NCBI GenBank assembly: GCA_973895155.1
Contig: OZ316897.1
Location: 124,001 to 188,000 of the forward strand
DNA: 64,000 bases
Reading direction: 5' to 3'
Source: Marsupella aquatica
Taxonomy: Eukaryota > Plantae > Marchantiophyta
The notes under the pieces are model-generated. The model did not search any database and was not told where the DNA came from. It was given only the letters and a program-made list of their open reading frames with translations. Positions 1 to 11,599 of the stretch are shown in pieces; the first letter of the stretch is position 1, and each line of letters starts with the position of its first letter. The position numbers and the translations under genes are program-made.

Positions 1-229
1 TGCGACAAAAACTTTGCAAGAATGCGACACACTCGAGACACCAGATCCCCTCCTCGCCCGCGGATATGACAACACAAGCTTGATTGAAGTTACTCTGCGA
101 TGCGAAGACGATCGTGAAAGAGTGAGGAGATGACGAAAGTCATATAATGAGAACATTGTTAGGAATGGAGATGAGTCGAGAGGTCCGAATGACATATAGT
201 GCATTTCGGGAGCCTCGGATCCTCTGAAA

Positions 230-2101
230 TGGTTTCGCGTTTCACGCTTCACTCATGAGGAAGGGGACATTGGATTCTGTCGTGATATGATCCGGTGTGG
301 TGCTGTTGCTGCAACCGTTTACACCCGTGCTTTCTAATGAGTGCTTTTCGTGTGGGTCATGACCGCACGGAGTATTTCATGCGAGAATGATGGGCAGAGT
401 TATGGCTAGCGACTTTGCTGGCCTGATGTAGGTTGGAATTATATATTGAATTATGGTGCCATCGATGACCGTTCGTGTCCGGGGAATACGTAATATGTAC
501 CAATGCATCGTCGGGATCGCTTTTTAAACCCAACGGGAGTTAAATAAATAGGTGGAATAGAAGGTTCCTTTTAGGCTAGCAAGAGTCACTTTATGCTAGT
601 GAGGTTGTTTTTGTGCCAAATTTTGGGTATTCCAAGGAGAAAATGATCCCGTGCAAGGAATTTTTTTACTGTTTCCTTGCATGCTACAATGACCCCATCT
701 TCACTAGCAATGTAGAAAACGTGAAGATGTACACTAGCGATGTAGAAAACGAGGATGGTTCAACTGGTACGCCGATGCGCCAATACTTGCATAGCATTAG
801 CCATATCCTTGAACACAGACACCATGGCTCTACGATCAGCAGATGCAGACTCCTTCTCAGTCGCTTCAAGAACCATTTTATTTTTCTCCAGTTCAAATTG
901 TTTGTCAAAACAAAGCATTCGATTTGTCATCTGATCATTATATTGAGAGACGAGATCAAACTTTCATGACTAGTTTTCAGAACTCCCGAGATATCCACAG
1001 TCCTTCTTCGCTTTGCTCTTCGTGTCGATCCTGCTACGCTATCTCCCGGGGCCACCGGGGCCATAGACCCATTATGAGGCTCTCTCTCAGGGGACAAACT
1101 CCTAAATTTCATATGCAAAAGCTTGGTGCGAAGGGGACTGAGGACATGGTGCAGCTGATAGATTAGGAGAGGCAATGTGCACGCCCGAATCAAATGTGGC
1201 AGGAGGAACCATGCACGGCCGTTGCAAACAAAGTGAATCCATTATATCTTACAAATCCTTGCTGAACTTGGGAACAAGTTTAGCCTGGATCCACTCATTT
1301 TTGCTCATATTATAATATGACGATACTCCAGAAGATAAGATAAAATCTCTATTGGCTTTCCAATCACCAAACAAATTGTTCCATTTGGTCGTGCAAACTG
1401 ATCTTGTTCTGTCCGAATAGCCCTTACCACTCATGAACGATGCAATATCAATCCACTTTTGGACACTTGATAGAAACGACGCTGTCCAATGTTATCCACT
1501 GACGTCCAATTCGAGTTCAGTTTTCTTAGCCTGAGCCAAGCACAACATTTCTTGGTCATTCCAATTCCGCGCTCGAGGTCTGGCTAGTCTATCCTGGGAT
1601 TGCTGAGAATCAGGAATGGAGAAAGTAGAAGCCGGGGGAGTAGTAAAGGCCATTGGATGACGATTAAAGCTTAGTGAAGCTTTCAGGAACACACAAGCTT
1701 CCAAATCAGTGCTGCTGCGATGACTCTCACAGTGGCGATCCAGGCACAACACTACTGCACTCAGAGTGGCGATCCCGGCACAACACAGAAGCTACGACTG
1801 ACTTTGACACTGCAACAATAAGTGACGGGACGGCGACAATGCCACACTTCAACAAGAAGTTACAGGAAGTGACGGGACAGCCGAGTGAAACATTGTAAAA
1901 AAAGTTAAGTTACAAGTACTCATGGCACTTAACTTTTTAGTTAAGGACACAAAAAGCGGTACTCACTAACTATTGTCGGTTAAAGTTTTTAACTATAACA
2001 TTTAACTAAGAGTGCAACTTGTGCTGGCGAGAACCTTGCGCCTAGTTTTCTTTTTTATTAACAGCATTAGTTAAAAGATAACTCTAGGTGGGAACCCACC
2101 C
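230..2101. mobile_element. Degenerate PIF/Harbinger-like DNA transposon (left end not identified)
   Basis: Myb/SANT-like ORF remnants on - strand (1249-1652). Weak + strand transposase-like scraps (FRVSR at ~233, GAID at 455-466). The putative right terminus reads GGGTGGGTTCCCACC on the - strand, followed by TTA at 2102-2104; a GGG terminus with TTA/TAA target site is typical of PIF/Harbinger. No partner TIR seen. Confidence 0.45.
1249..1652 (-). pseudogene. Myb/SANT-like (trihelix-type) DNA-binding protein remnant, probably Harbinger ORF1
   Basis: RARNWNDQEMLCLAQAKK...KW...GYSDRTRSVCTTKWNNLFGDWK is a tryptophan-spaced trihelix/SANT pattern, split by a stop into ORFs 1492-1752 and 1249-1434. 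Confidence 0.6.
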
Positions 2102-2297
2102 TTACCTACCAGTCTCCAAACTATCCCAAACTTTTGGTGGGACCCTACCCTAATACACGATTACATATGGGGTGTCAGTGAGTACTGCTCACAGTCATTA
2201 TCCAGCCAGCGCACCACATCTTTCAGTGTGGTCACCAGTAATCACCACAAGAACACGAGCCATTTTTAAAATGGTGAAAGCGATTTGCATCCCTCGC

Positions 2298-2320
2298 TTA
2301 GGGTTTAGGGTTTAGGGTTT
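2298..2320 (+). repeat. Interstitial telomeric repeat TTAGGG(TTTAGGG)2TTT at the deletion junction of the PPR pseudogene
   Basis: Sits directly between the DYW tail codons (ARD) and a P-motif (VITWAVMIGGLAQHGCEH). The equivalent positions are ~1.7 kb apart in gene A. Confidence 0.9.
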
Positions 2321-2444
2321 ATGCTCACATCCATGTTGTGCAAGTCCACCGATCATTACCGCCCATGTGATGACATTTCAGTTGGTTAACTTTTCAAAAA
2401 CTTGAGATGCCTCCGTTATGCTCCCACAATCTGCGTACATCTTA

Positions 2445-2806
2445 GGGCCACTTTACAAGACGGGCGCGGCAATTTGAGTGCTTTCTACCAGGGCTGTAAC
2501 AGAGCCCAACTCTTAGTGGTACGGTAGGACTCTAGACCAATCCAAGGCAGGAATCCTAGGAGGAAGCGGGCTGCCCATTTTCGCACCTCCAGAGGTCCAA
2601 TAGTCTAGCGCCCGGATGAGAGTCCCAAGCCGGCTGGCCAGAGCTGATCCATACCAAAATGCAGGTTCAGTTATTCCCGCAACTCAACTTGCCGCGTCAG
2701 TCTTCTAAAGCAAGGAGCGCCCGGGCAGGCTGAAACAACGGTTGTGATTGATTTGATCATGAAAAAAGAGGAACTAAATTGCCGCGCCCGTCTTGTAAAG
2801 TGGGCC
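2445..2806. mobile_element. Tourist-like (PIF/Harbinger) MITE, 362 bp
   Basis: 31-bp TIR GGGCCACTTTACAAGACGGGCGCGGCAATTT with one mismatch; TTA target-site duplication at 2442-2444 and 2807-2809. Removing it restores VGTALPKMYADCG of an S motif. Confidence 0.95.
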
Positions 2807-5800
2807 TTAGGGAGGGCAGTCCCTACGCGAACATCTGATTCAAAGCCGGCGTGTCAAATACACACATGAACTTGTTTTCCCCATTTGAGAGCTAATGGGC
2901 TGGTACACGTTGGCACAGATATGTGATCTCATCGGGCTGCGACCCTTCTTTGCGCATTTGATTGAAAATTTCAAATGCAGATTCAGCGAGATCATACTTT
3001 GCTTATCCTGCAATCATAACGGTCCATGTAACAACAGTCTTGTTCTCAAGTTCCTAAAAAACCCTGCGTGCACCCAACAATTCCCCGCATTGGATGTACA
3101 CATTCACGAGGGTGTTCGCCACATATGAATTCTTATCCAATCCACTCTGGATAATGCAGTCATGAACCTGCTTGACCGCTAAAAGGTCTTTCTGTTTCAA
3201 GCACATTTGCAGAAATCTAACATACGTGTATGAGTCTGTAGTAACGCCTCGTTGTAGACGATCCTGCAAAACAGCAATTGCTTCACTCGTGGTACCAGCG
3301 CTGTACATGTGCGTACTGCCATTCCGTTGTGCAGTGTCTCTGCTGCCATAAGTAGCACGACATTGCAATCTGCCATGAGCAATCAAATTGAGCCCTGCCT
3401 TCATGCATGCTGGGCTTAACCGGCCATCCATCCAAAGTGTTTTCCTGAGCAGCTCCTCGGTTACCAGGTCTTGTCTTACTGCATTCTCAGTCACCACTTC
3501 GTCAGAGATAGCTGACGAGTGTTCCTCTTCCTCTCTGGATAGAAGTTCCTGCCGTCGAATCTCGCCCACATCGTTCGCTGCTATGAAAGACTGTACACCC
3601 ACAGTTGACTTCGGTTCCCTGGTGGGATTCAAGTTGAATGCGTCCTCAAAAGTAACCTTCGACCATGGTCTCTGCTGTTTCCTCTCTCTGGCATCCCCAT
3701 GAGAAGAAGATGGGAAATGCTTCACAGGAAAACTTCCATTTCGTAAGTAAGTTTCTTGGAAAAGCACCCGCTGCCGCTGATGCCTGAAAAATGAAAAATT
3801 GCAGTATACAAGTTAGAGTGATAGAAAACGGTGGGCACTGCTCCACAATGTCAAGAAGCAACTAACGAATGTGCGTAATGGAGACACTTCCTTGAGAAGC
3901 GTGCGGGGAGAAGAGATGGCAAGGGAAAGAAAAGGGAAACGAAAGAAAGACAAGGCAAGCACTCCTCCATTGAACACAGAGGACCCAACTCAAGCGAAGT
4001 ACTCGTAGTAGCCTCTGACGAACCGATTTATAGTACCTCACAGTGAATAACCACGAGTGTTTGATTAAAATAGAGGTTCATCCAACATGTGCGGAAATTT
4101 TTAAACAAGAGCAACAGAAGAATGCGAAATGAAACTTAAACAAAGGTCACGACAAGCAGAAAGAAAAGTGTATTTATGCCAAGAAGGACAGAAACTAAAA
4201 TTAACAACGGACCAAACTGAAATGTAGGTAAAACCCTTGGGCTAGACCTGATTGTATGCGAGCAATGCTGGCGAAACCGTCTACAAAACTGGAAGTGAGA
4301 GCAAGAGTTGAGCAGGAAAGGTGCGGGGCCTGCTGCTGTGGCAGAATCTGCACCGGCGGCCCCAACCCCGGCAGGATTAGGCTGCTTCCTTTCATCACTT
4401 CCATCATAGCAACCCCTCGCCTCCACATTCCCGTCAATGGACCTGCTCTCGCCATTTTTTCCTTCTCTCTGTCTAGCTCACCTCCAGTAGCGCCGCTCAG
4501 TGTCCGTCCCCGTGTCCGACTGCCCGGAGATAGAGAAAGAGACTCTGTCTTCTGCAAATTTCAGATTTGTAATCTGGCTCCTGAAGACGTTGATTACAGC
4601 AGAGATTCGGGCCACTGGCATCGCGAAACGTCGTGACTTCGGCAGCTTTGTCTGGGGGGATCCCGCGACGTGAATCGGCTGATCTCTTACCATGGCGGCG
4701 ATTGTGAGAAAGCGGTGGTCGTTGATGAGTGCACTGGCGTTGGTTGTCTGCATTCTCGCCCAGGACTCGCTCTCTTCTGCCAGTGGATTTGAGTTTGAAG
4801 TGTGTTTCTCAGCACCTCCTCTCCCGCATGTCTTGCTGCCAAAGTTGCCATCACTAGGGCATCTATCATTCCTTCCGCTCTCGCTGCAAAAGTTGCCATC
4901 GGTAGGGCTCAGGCAGTAGGGCTTATCAAAACACGGCCGTAAGCCCTGTCTTGTGTCCGTCATTAAATTAGCCCGTAAAACAAGTAACGGGAACTTTTAC
5001 AGACAGGGAACAGATATTTGACACTTTCCGCAAAAACGGGTTACGGGGTAGAATCCTGGTAATGGACGGTGACACACCCAGAAGCCGCTTGCAGATGTTT
5101 AGGGAACAGGGTTTAACAGGGCCGCCTTCTCACGGTTCCTCCTCCTCGCCACCAAGGTGAGACATGGATCCAAGGAGATATGCGGTGGCTACCCCGAATC
5201 CCGGGCTGTCGCAACCGAACAATGTTTGTAGAATTTCACAATCTGCTAAGAATTACTCGTCGTAGCCTATTGAATGTTGCTCTAGTTGCTTTTCGGGGAC
5301 CTGGTACCGAGCTGCATGCTGACGAATCCAGTGATCCCTGTTAGGTTTGCTTTACCACTTTTACACGGCCTCTCGCGGTGTCCTTTGGGCTGAGAATTCC
5401 TAGTAAGCCCTAGCTATACTCGACTTTCTTCTGCGTTTCAACCCTAAATTGCTGGGCAACATATTTCTCAACTCTTAGTGCCAAGGAAGCGGAGCAAAAT
5501 CTCTTTTTCATCCAGGGATACTTTTTCGTCTCCCCATCCTGGTTCGAGTCCGGCTCAATTCTTAGTTGACGTTTCCTGCTGCCTGCAATTTGTGCGCTTG
5601 CCTTGTTTTTCCATACATGTCAAACTTCGAAGGATACCTCCGTTTAGGAGCTTCTTTTATTGCCCATCACAATCTAGATCAATTTTGTGCCCACAGCTTC
5701 AACTTGTTGTTCTGAGTGAATTGTCAAGCCTGCCCAATTTGCTATTTACACGGTCTGCATCTCACTTGTACACAAGTTCTTCTTTGAAGAAATGTCGTCG

Positions 5801-7036
5801 ATTTCTCGTTTGGCATGCATGACAATTCGGTTGAAAAGGGTTCTTTCTTGGAGGGCGATAAACAGCACTCGCGCCATACTTTTTCAAATGGCAATGTGCA
5901 GGTATGGTGGTAGATGCTTTGGGATTTGAGATTCTCACACTTTTTCCTCTCAGGATGCCAAAGCTGGGATATTTCTTAGAAGAGTACAGCGATTTTGAAT
6001 TCTTAATTCTCAATTGACGGAGGACGTGATCCTGGAGACGATACTGCTACCGGTATGCTTCTAGGGGTACCTCCAACTGTTACGTTGAGCTGAGATTCCT
6101 CTGCCCGGGTAAGGTTTCCCCAACAAGCCTTCACCAGTGAATATTCTTTCCTTAGTCCGAGGGGAAGGAAAGATGAGACTTGAAATTCGAGGGCTCTCCA
6201 AGGATTGCACTACTAAGACTGATTTAAACGTTTGTTAAACAGGTAAAATTATATTTCTCACAACTGTGCTATTTAGCTCTCGAACGGGAACGAAGCTTAC
6301 TCGATAGAAATTTTGGATATGGACCGCTTTAGGCAACACTCCACAGCCAGGTATAATTAATTTTATATGCATATCATTTTGTTGGATTATGATGTGACCA
6401 AACGAGCTCGAAGACATTATTAACAAAGACGATTGATTTGCAGGGTTCATCCTTCATCGTCTGCTTTGATTGGTATTGGCATCAGCCATTGTTCTTGTAC
6501 AAGGCATTTAGGTAATTGAGACTCAAGAGCGATTCAACGTTGTGATTACCTACTTGTAAACAAAAGCAGTTGTTCCAGCTCCACGGTGTGACATTTATAG
6601 TTGCATGAATTTCCTGCTATGAGGCTTATGTGATGAAGATTGACTTGAACTTCAAGTTTGGTTATTTTTTCACCTCCAAGGAATCACAGGGAGAGGGTGG
6701 GGAGGCGCTTTCAAATTCATGTCATCTGTACCTAATCACAGTGGATTCTTAGAGACAATCTACAAATGCTGGCTAGGCTTCATTTGTGAGTTGTAGTCTC
6801 TTGTCAAACACCTGAGATTTGGGTTTGTATATAGCATAGAAGGCTAAGGCAACTTACAATGAACGCCTGTCACGGTGCCCTAAGAGTCTGTCCTATACCC
6901 ACACCAACGGATAACATGCAACTGCTTGATGAAGTTTTTTAGTGTCAATTCAATAGGCTCTTGACTCTGTCCTTTCTATGATTACAGTGAAATACCGGAG
7001 TATGAAGGAGCTTATTGATACTTGAGCTACCTGGAT

Positions 7037-9997
7037 ATGCCTTTCACAATTATTTCAAAATTCTATTCTAAGATCATCGCATTCTTGACAGATAGCTGTT
7101 ACTCTCAATTGAAAAGGAGGAATATAACTTTTGCGAGTTTTCTGTACCAACGATCACAGCGAAGCCAGGGAGACAAGAAAATACATCTTTGGACGGAGGT
7201 AGGCATGCATGCTAGCCGTAGGACTCGAGAGAGTTACCGGTCTATCATCATTTTCTAAACATTTCATTGTAAAAAGATCATTGTGGAATATAGTCCTAGA
7301 GAAATAAATCCAAATTCATTGCACCTCGTGGAATCTCCTGGAATTTAACCTTTTATAGTCAGGCTTTCCATATCTGACCCTGGGCAGTGTGGTTGACAGA
7401 GGAAGCCCAGAGCACCTGAGTTTAAGCACAAGATGACAAGTGTAGCACTTTGGGTGGATGTATTGTCAACTGCAGTATGGGTCAAGGCAAGGGCGAATTT
7501 GATTACGCAGTGCAGAGTTCAATCTCATGTTAGTTATTGCACGAGAGATTGGTCTCAAGTCACTGCAGAAGGGAACGGCAATAGGCATATGCACGCTCAT
7601 GGTACAACGAGTGGAACACTTGCTGGTTTGAAAGATCGTTTACAACGAGGCATTGCTATAGACCCGTACACCTATGTTAAACTTCTGCAAATGCTCTTGC
7701 ATCAGAAAGATCTTTCAGCAGCCAAGCAAATTCATGATTGCATCATCGAGAGTGGGAGTGATAAGAATTCATATGTGGTAATCACGCTGTTGAATGTGTA
7801 TATCAAATGCGGAGGATTATCGGATGCACGTAGAGTTTTTGATCAAATTCAGAAGAAGAGTGTTATTACTTGGAACAACATGATTGCAGGGTACGCTACG
7901 AGTGACCATTTTGAATCTGCACTCGAAATTTTCAATCTAATGCGCCAAGAAGGCGTCCAGCCGAATGAGATCACGTATCTGAGCATCCTGAAAGGATGTG
8001 CCAGCCCATTAGCTCTAAGGTGCGGAAAAGAAATTCATGAGCATATTCGACAGGCCGGCTTTGAATCGGACGTGCGTGTAGGGACTGCTCTCGTACTGAT
8101 GTACGCAAAATGTGGCTGTATCACCGAGGCAAGGAAAGTTTTTGAAAAGTTGACCAATCGAAATGTCATTACATGGAATGTTATGATTGGAGCATGTGCA
8201 GAATGTGGTGATGGTGTGGAAGCGTATCGCCTGTTTCTACAAATGAGACGTGAAGGCTTCGAACCAGATGCAATCACTTATATGAGCATCCTGAATGCAT
8301 CTGCAAGTGAGGGGGCTTTGGAATGGGTGAAGGAAATTCATGGCCATGCTAGCAAAGCGAGACTGGACTCAGATTTGCGTGTGGGCATTGCACTCGTTCA
8401 CATGTATGCGAAGACTGGGAGTATAGATGATGCCCGACTGGTGTTTAACAGAATGGAGAAACGCGATGTAGTCACATGGAATGTAATGATAGGAGGACTT
8501 GCACAACATGGATGTGGGCATGAAGCATATCGCTTGTTTATCCAAATGAGACGGGAAGGCTTTGAACCAGATGCATTCACTTATGCGAGTATTCTGAATG
8601 CATCTGCAAGTGCGGGGGCTTTGGAGTGGGTGAAGGAGGTTCATGGCCAAGCTAGCAAAGCGGGACTGGACTCAGATTTGCGTGTGGGCAATGCACTGGT
8701 TCACATGTATGCAGAGAGTGGCAGTATAGCTGACGCCCGACTTGTTTTTAACAGAATGGAGAAACGCGATGTAGTGACATGGAACATAATGATCGGTGGA
8801 CTTGCACAACACGGATATGGGCATGAAGCATATCGCTTGTTTATCCAAATGAGACGGGAAGGCTTTGAACCAGATGCATTCACTTATGCGAGTATTCTGA
8901 ATGCATCTGCAAGTGCGGGGGCTTTGGAGTGGGTGAAGGAGGTTCATGGCCATGCTAGCAAAGCGGGACTGGACTCAGATTTGCGTGTGGGCAATGCACT
9001 GGTTCACATGTATGCAGAGAGTGGCAGTATAGCTGACGCCCGACTTGTTTTTAACAGAATGGAGAAACGCGATGTAGTGACATGGAACATAATGATCGGT
9101 GGACTTGCACAACACGGATATGGACAGGAAGCCCTGGAACTTTTCAGACAAATGAATGCAAACCATGTGAAGCCCACCGAGACGTCATTCACAGCTGTGT
9201 TGTCAGCCTGTTCTCATGGAGGCCTTGTTGATGATGGCCGTAGAATCTTTTCTGCTATGACGCAAGATTATGGTATCGAGCGTACTGTTTTTCACTATAC
9301 CCTCATGGTGGATATTCTTGGGCGGGCGGGACACGTGGAAGAAGCAAATCAGCTCATCAGTGAGATGCCGATCGAACCAGATTATGTAACTTGGACAGCC
9401 TTGCTTGGGGCTTGTAGAACTTACGGTAACGTGGAGCTGGGCGAACTGGCCGCTAACGAGCTTTTCAAGTTGGAACCCAGTGAGGCCTCTACATATGTGC
9501 TGCTCTCCAATATCTATGCTGCGGCTGGGAAGTGGGAGAAGGTGTCATCTGTGCGGACTATGATGCAAGAGAGAGGTGTTCGGAAGGAGCCAGGGCGTAG
9601 CTGGATTGAAGTTGATAACAAGATTCATGAATTTGTTGTGGGGGATACATCTCACCCAGAAGCGAAGGTGATATATACTGAGCTGAATAAATTGAGTGAA
9701 AAACTTAAAGCTGGAGGCTACATTCCCGATACCCGGCTTGTGTTGCATGATATCAATGAGGAGGATAAAGAGCTAGCTCTTTGTTCTCATAGTGAGAAGT
9801 TGGCTATTGTTTACGGACTTATGCACCTACCTTGGGGAGAACCAATTCGTGTAAGTAAGAACCTTCGGGTGTGTTCGGATTGCCACTCAGCAACCAAGTA
9901 TATTTCTAAGGTGACCGGACGCGAGATTATTGCGAGGGATGCAAATCGGTTCCACCATTTTAAAGATGGAATGTGTTCTTGTGGTGATTACTGGTGA
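7037..9997 (+). CDS. PLS-class PPR-E1-E2-DYW protein A (17 PPRs; putative C-to-U RNA editing factor); exons 7037-7198 and 7400-9997, ~919 aa
   Basis: L-S-(P-L-S)x4-P2-L2-S2, E1, E2, PGRSWIE box, HSEKLA and CSDCH zinc/catalytic motifs, C-terminal DYW. Phase-0 GT-AG intron (GAG|GTAGGC ... TGACAG|AGG) is conserved in all three copies. Confidence 0.93.
8515..9123 (+). repeat. Near-perfect 303-bp tandem duplication of one PLS triplet inside gene A
   Basis: 8515-8817 and 8818-9120 differ at only one position I could find (CAA/CAT, Q/H). Confidence 0.92.
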
Positions 9998-11599
9998 ATC
10001 CAGATTGAAAGCTGTGTTGGGCTGGCTGGAAAGTGATTCTAAAGCAGTACTCACTGGCAGCGCAGATACAATCAGGTTTTCGTTGCTGCAATCCTGTAAC
10101 ATTGATTTTGAGATTCTGCAACTTTGGGGTTGTAACTAGCCCTCTTCTGGCTGAAAGAAAATTTCATGTAAGAGAAATGTTTCGCGAGTTTAGTTTTGAA
10201 GTTGAAATCATAGATGCGTGAAATAAAGCTCTTGGCTTGATCTGTAGAAAGTTCTTTTGATATCTTCGGCAAATTTTGTCTTTAGACTAGAAGAAGGGTT
10301 TGCATACAGTAGCTGCCTTGCCGTGAACATGGCAGAGGAAGGGAACTCGCTTTGCTGCCAGGAGACGGTAAAATGAAGGGCATAAAGATAAAATTCGCCG
10401 ATGGCAACCTCCACCAGGATAGAACTTTAAGCAATCAGTTCCAGAGTTCATTGACTTGCAGATTAAGCCTTTCGCTCCAGATTCCAGATTCTATACAGCT
10501 TAATGATGTAGGTTGAAGGTTAGACATTTCTAATCTAGTAAGGGGGCCGTGTTCTTCTGCTTCAAAGCGAGTTGACAGTCTGAATTCAACCAAAAACCAT
10601 ATCCATTTGCAACTCAACTGTCTGAGCTTCGCAGATTCGTAGATAAGGCCGTGAAACGTGCTCAAATGCTTTTTAACTACTCCGGGTTTAAGTTCTCAAA
10701 TTAGGCGAGAATGGGAATGATGCTCTGTACACTGCTATCCTCAAGGACTATCGGACAAGACAGGAACGTGGACCGTTTTTGCAGTCGAAACTTAGCTACG
10801 TTGGTGGTATGATTGAATTTCGAAAGCTCATAGACAGTGCCACGTGAACGCAGAAGAGAGCATAGTTCTGCAAAGGAGTAGTGGATTAGCATGTTCTGTT
10901 ACTTCTGCTGGGCCGATACCGACTTCAAGAAAATAGATTCATCTCTAGAAGGACTTGAGAGATTAATCTGCTCTCTCTTCCTTTTGGTTTGAATTTGCTT
11001 GGGTGAGAATGCTGTTGAAGAAGTCTGGTGGAAGGACACCACTGAACTGACCTAGCAACCTTCAGGCTCGCCAACATCATTCTGCCTTCACTATGGTCAT
11101 TGTAGCGCGTGAGGAAACAATAAAAAAATTCCTCGTGCGAGCAAACTTTTTAGTTGCATCACCCCAATTCTTCCACCCACAAGTGCTTTGCTAACATATA
11201 GTCCGCTTATATCAGTCTAGAGGATGGGGATATCCTGCATAGTTGTGCCCAAAAAATTTTGATTAGCGTTCTGGAGAGGCACTCAAGAAATTCGAAAATG
11301 ATCCCCGACCAGAAGAAGGAAGATAACCAAGAGGTCGGGTCAGATTATGAGTTTTCATTTGTTGGTGGAAGTGCCGCCGGACCTTCAAAGGACAGGGATG
11401 GATTTGACCTGGAGTGAAGTACTTGGCCTCTCTTGATGTGGGACTCCCATTTTGGTGTTTTTAATTTCTTTCTATAATTTTCGGGCAAGCTTCTTAATCT
11501 GATGCTGGTGATTGCTTCACTGATAGGAGGGTGGCTTGATTTTCTGAGGAGAGATTTCATCTTGGGAAGGAAATGTAGGAATCTTTAGTGGTGACTCTA

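Larger units (their letters stand above)
2232..4426 (-). pseudogene. PLS-class PPR-DYW pseudogene (diverged paralog of genes A/B/C)
   Basis: Putative exon 1 ends at 4248 (AG|GTCTAG) and splices in frame to an acceptor at 3783 (TTTTTCAG|G). The N-terminus and first L/S motifs match A/B/C (DRLQRG..DSYTYV..QKDL..KQVHDCII). Lesions: frameshifts near 3054, an in-frame TGA (EKLTN*NVITW), a MITE insertion and a large internal deletion. The tail ARDANRFHHFKNGSCSCGDYW* is intact at 2297-2232. Confidence 0.9.

Noticed and set aside
4478-4963. Several overlapping GC-rich ORFs upstream of the pseudogene
   Set aside because: No recognisable domain; more consistent with promoter or 5' UTR sequence.
9590-9997. 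Possibility that the DYW domains are reverse (U-to-C) type or inactive
   Set aside because: All three have the PG box, HSEKLA, CSDCH and terminal DYW of canonical C-to-U enzymes.
11089-11110. CACTATGG as a possible CACTA terminus downstream of genes A and C
   Set aside because: No matching inverted terminus found.
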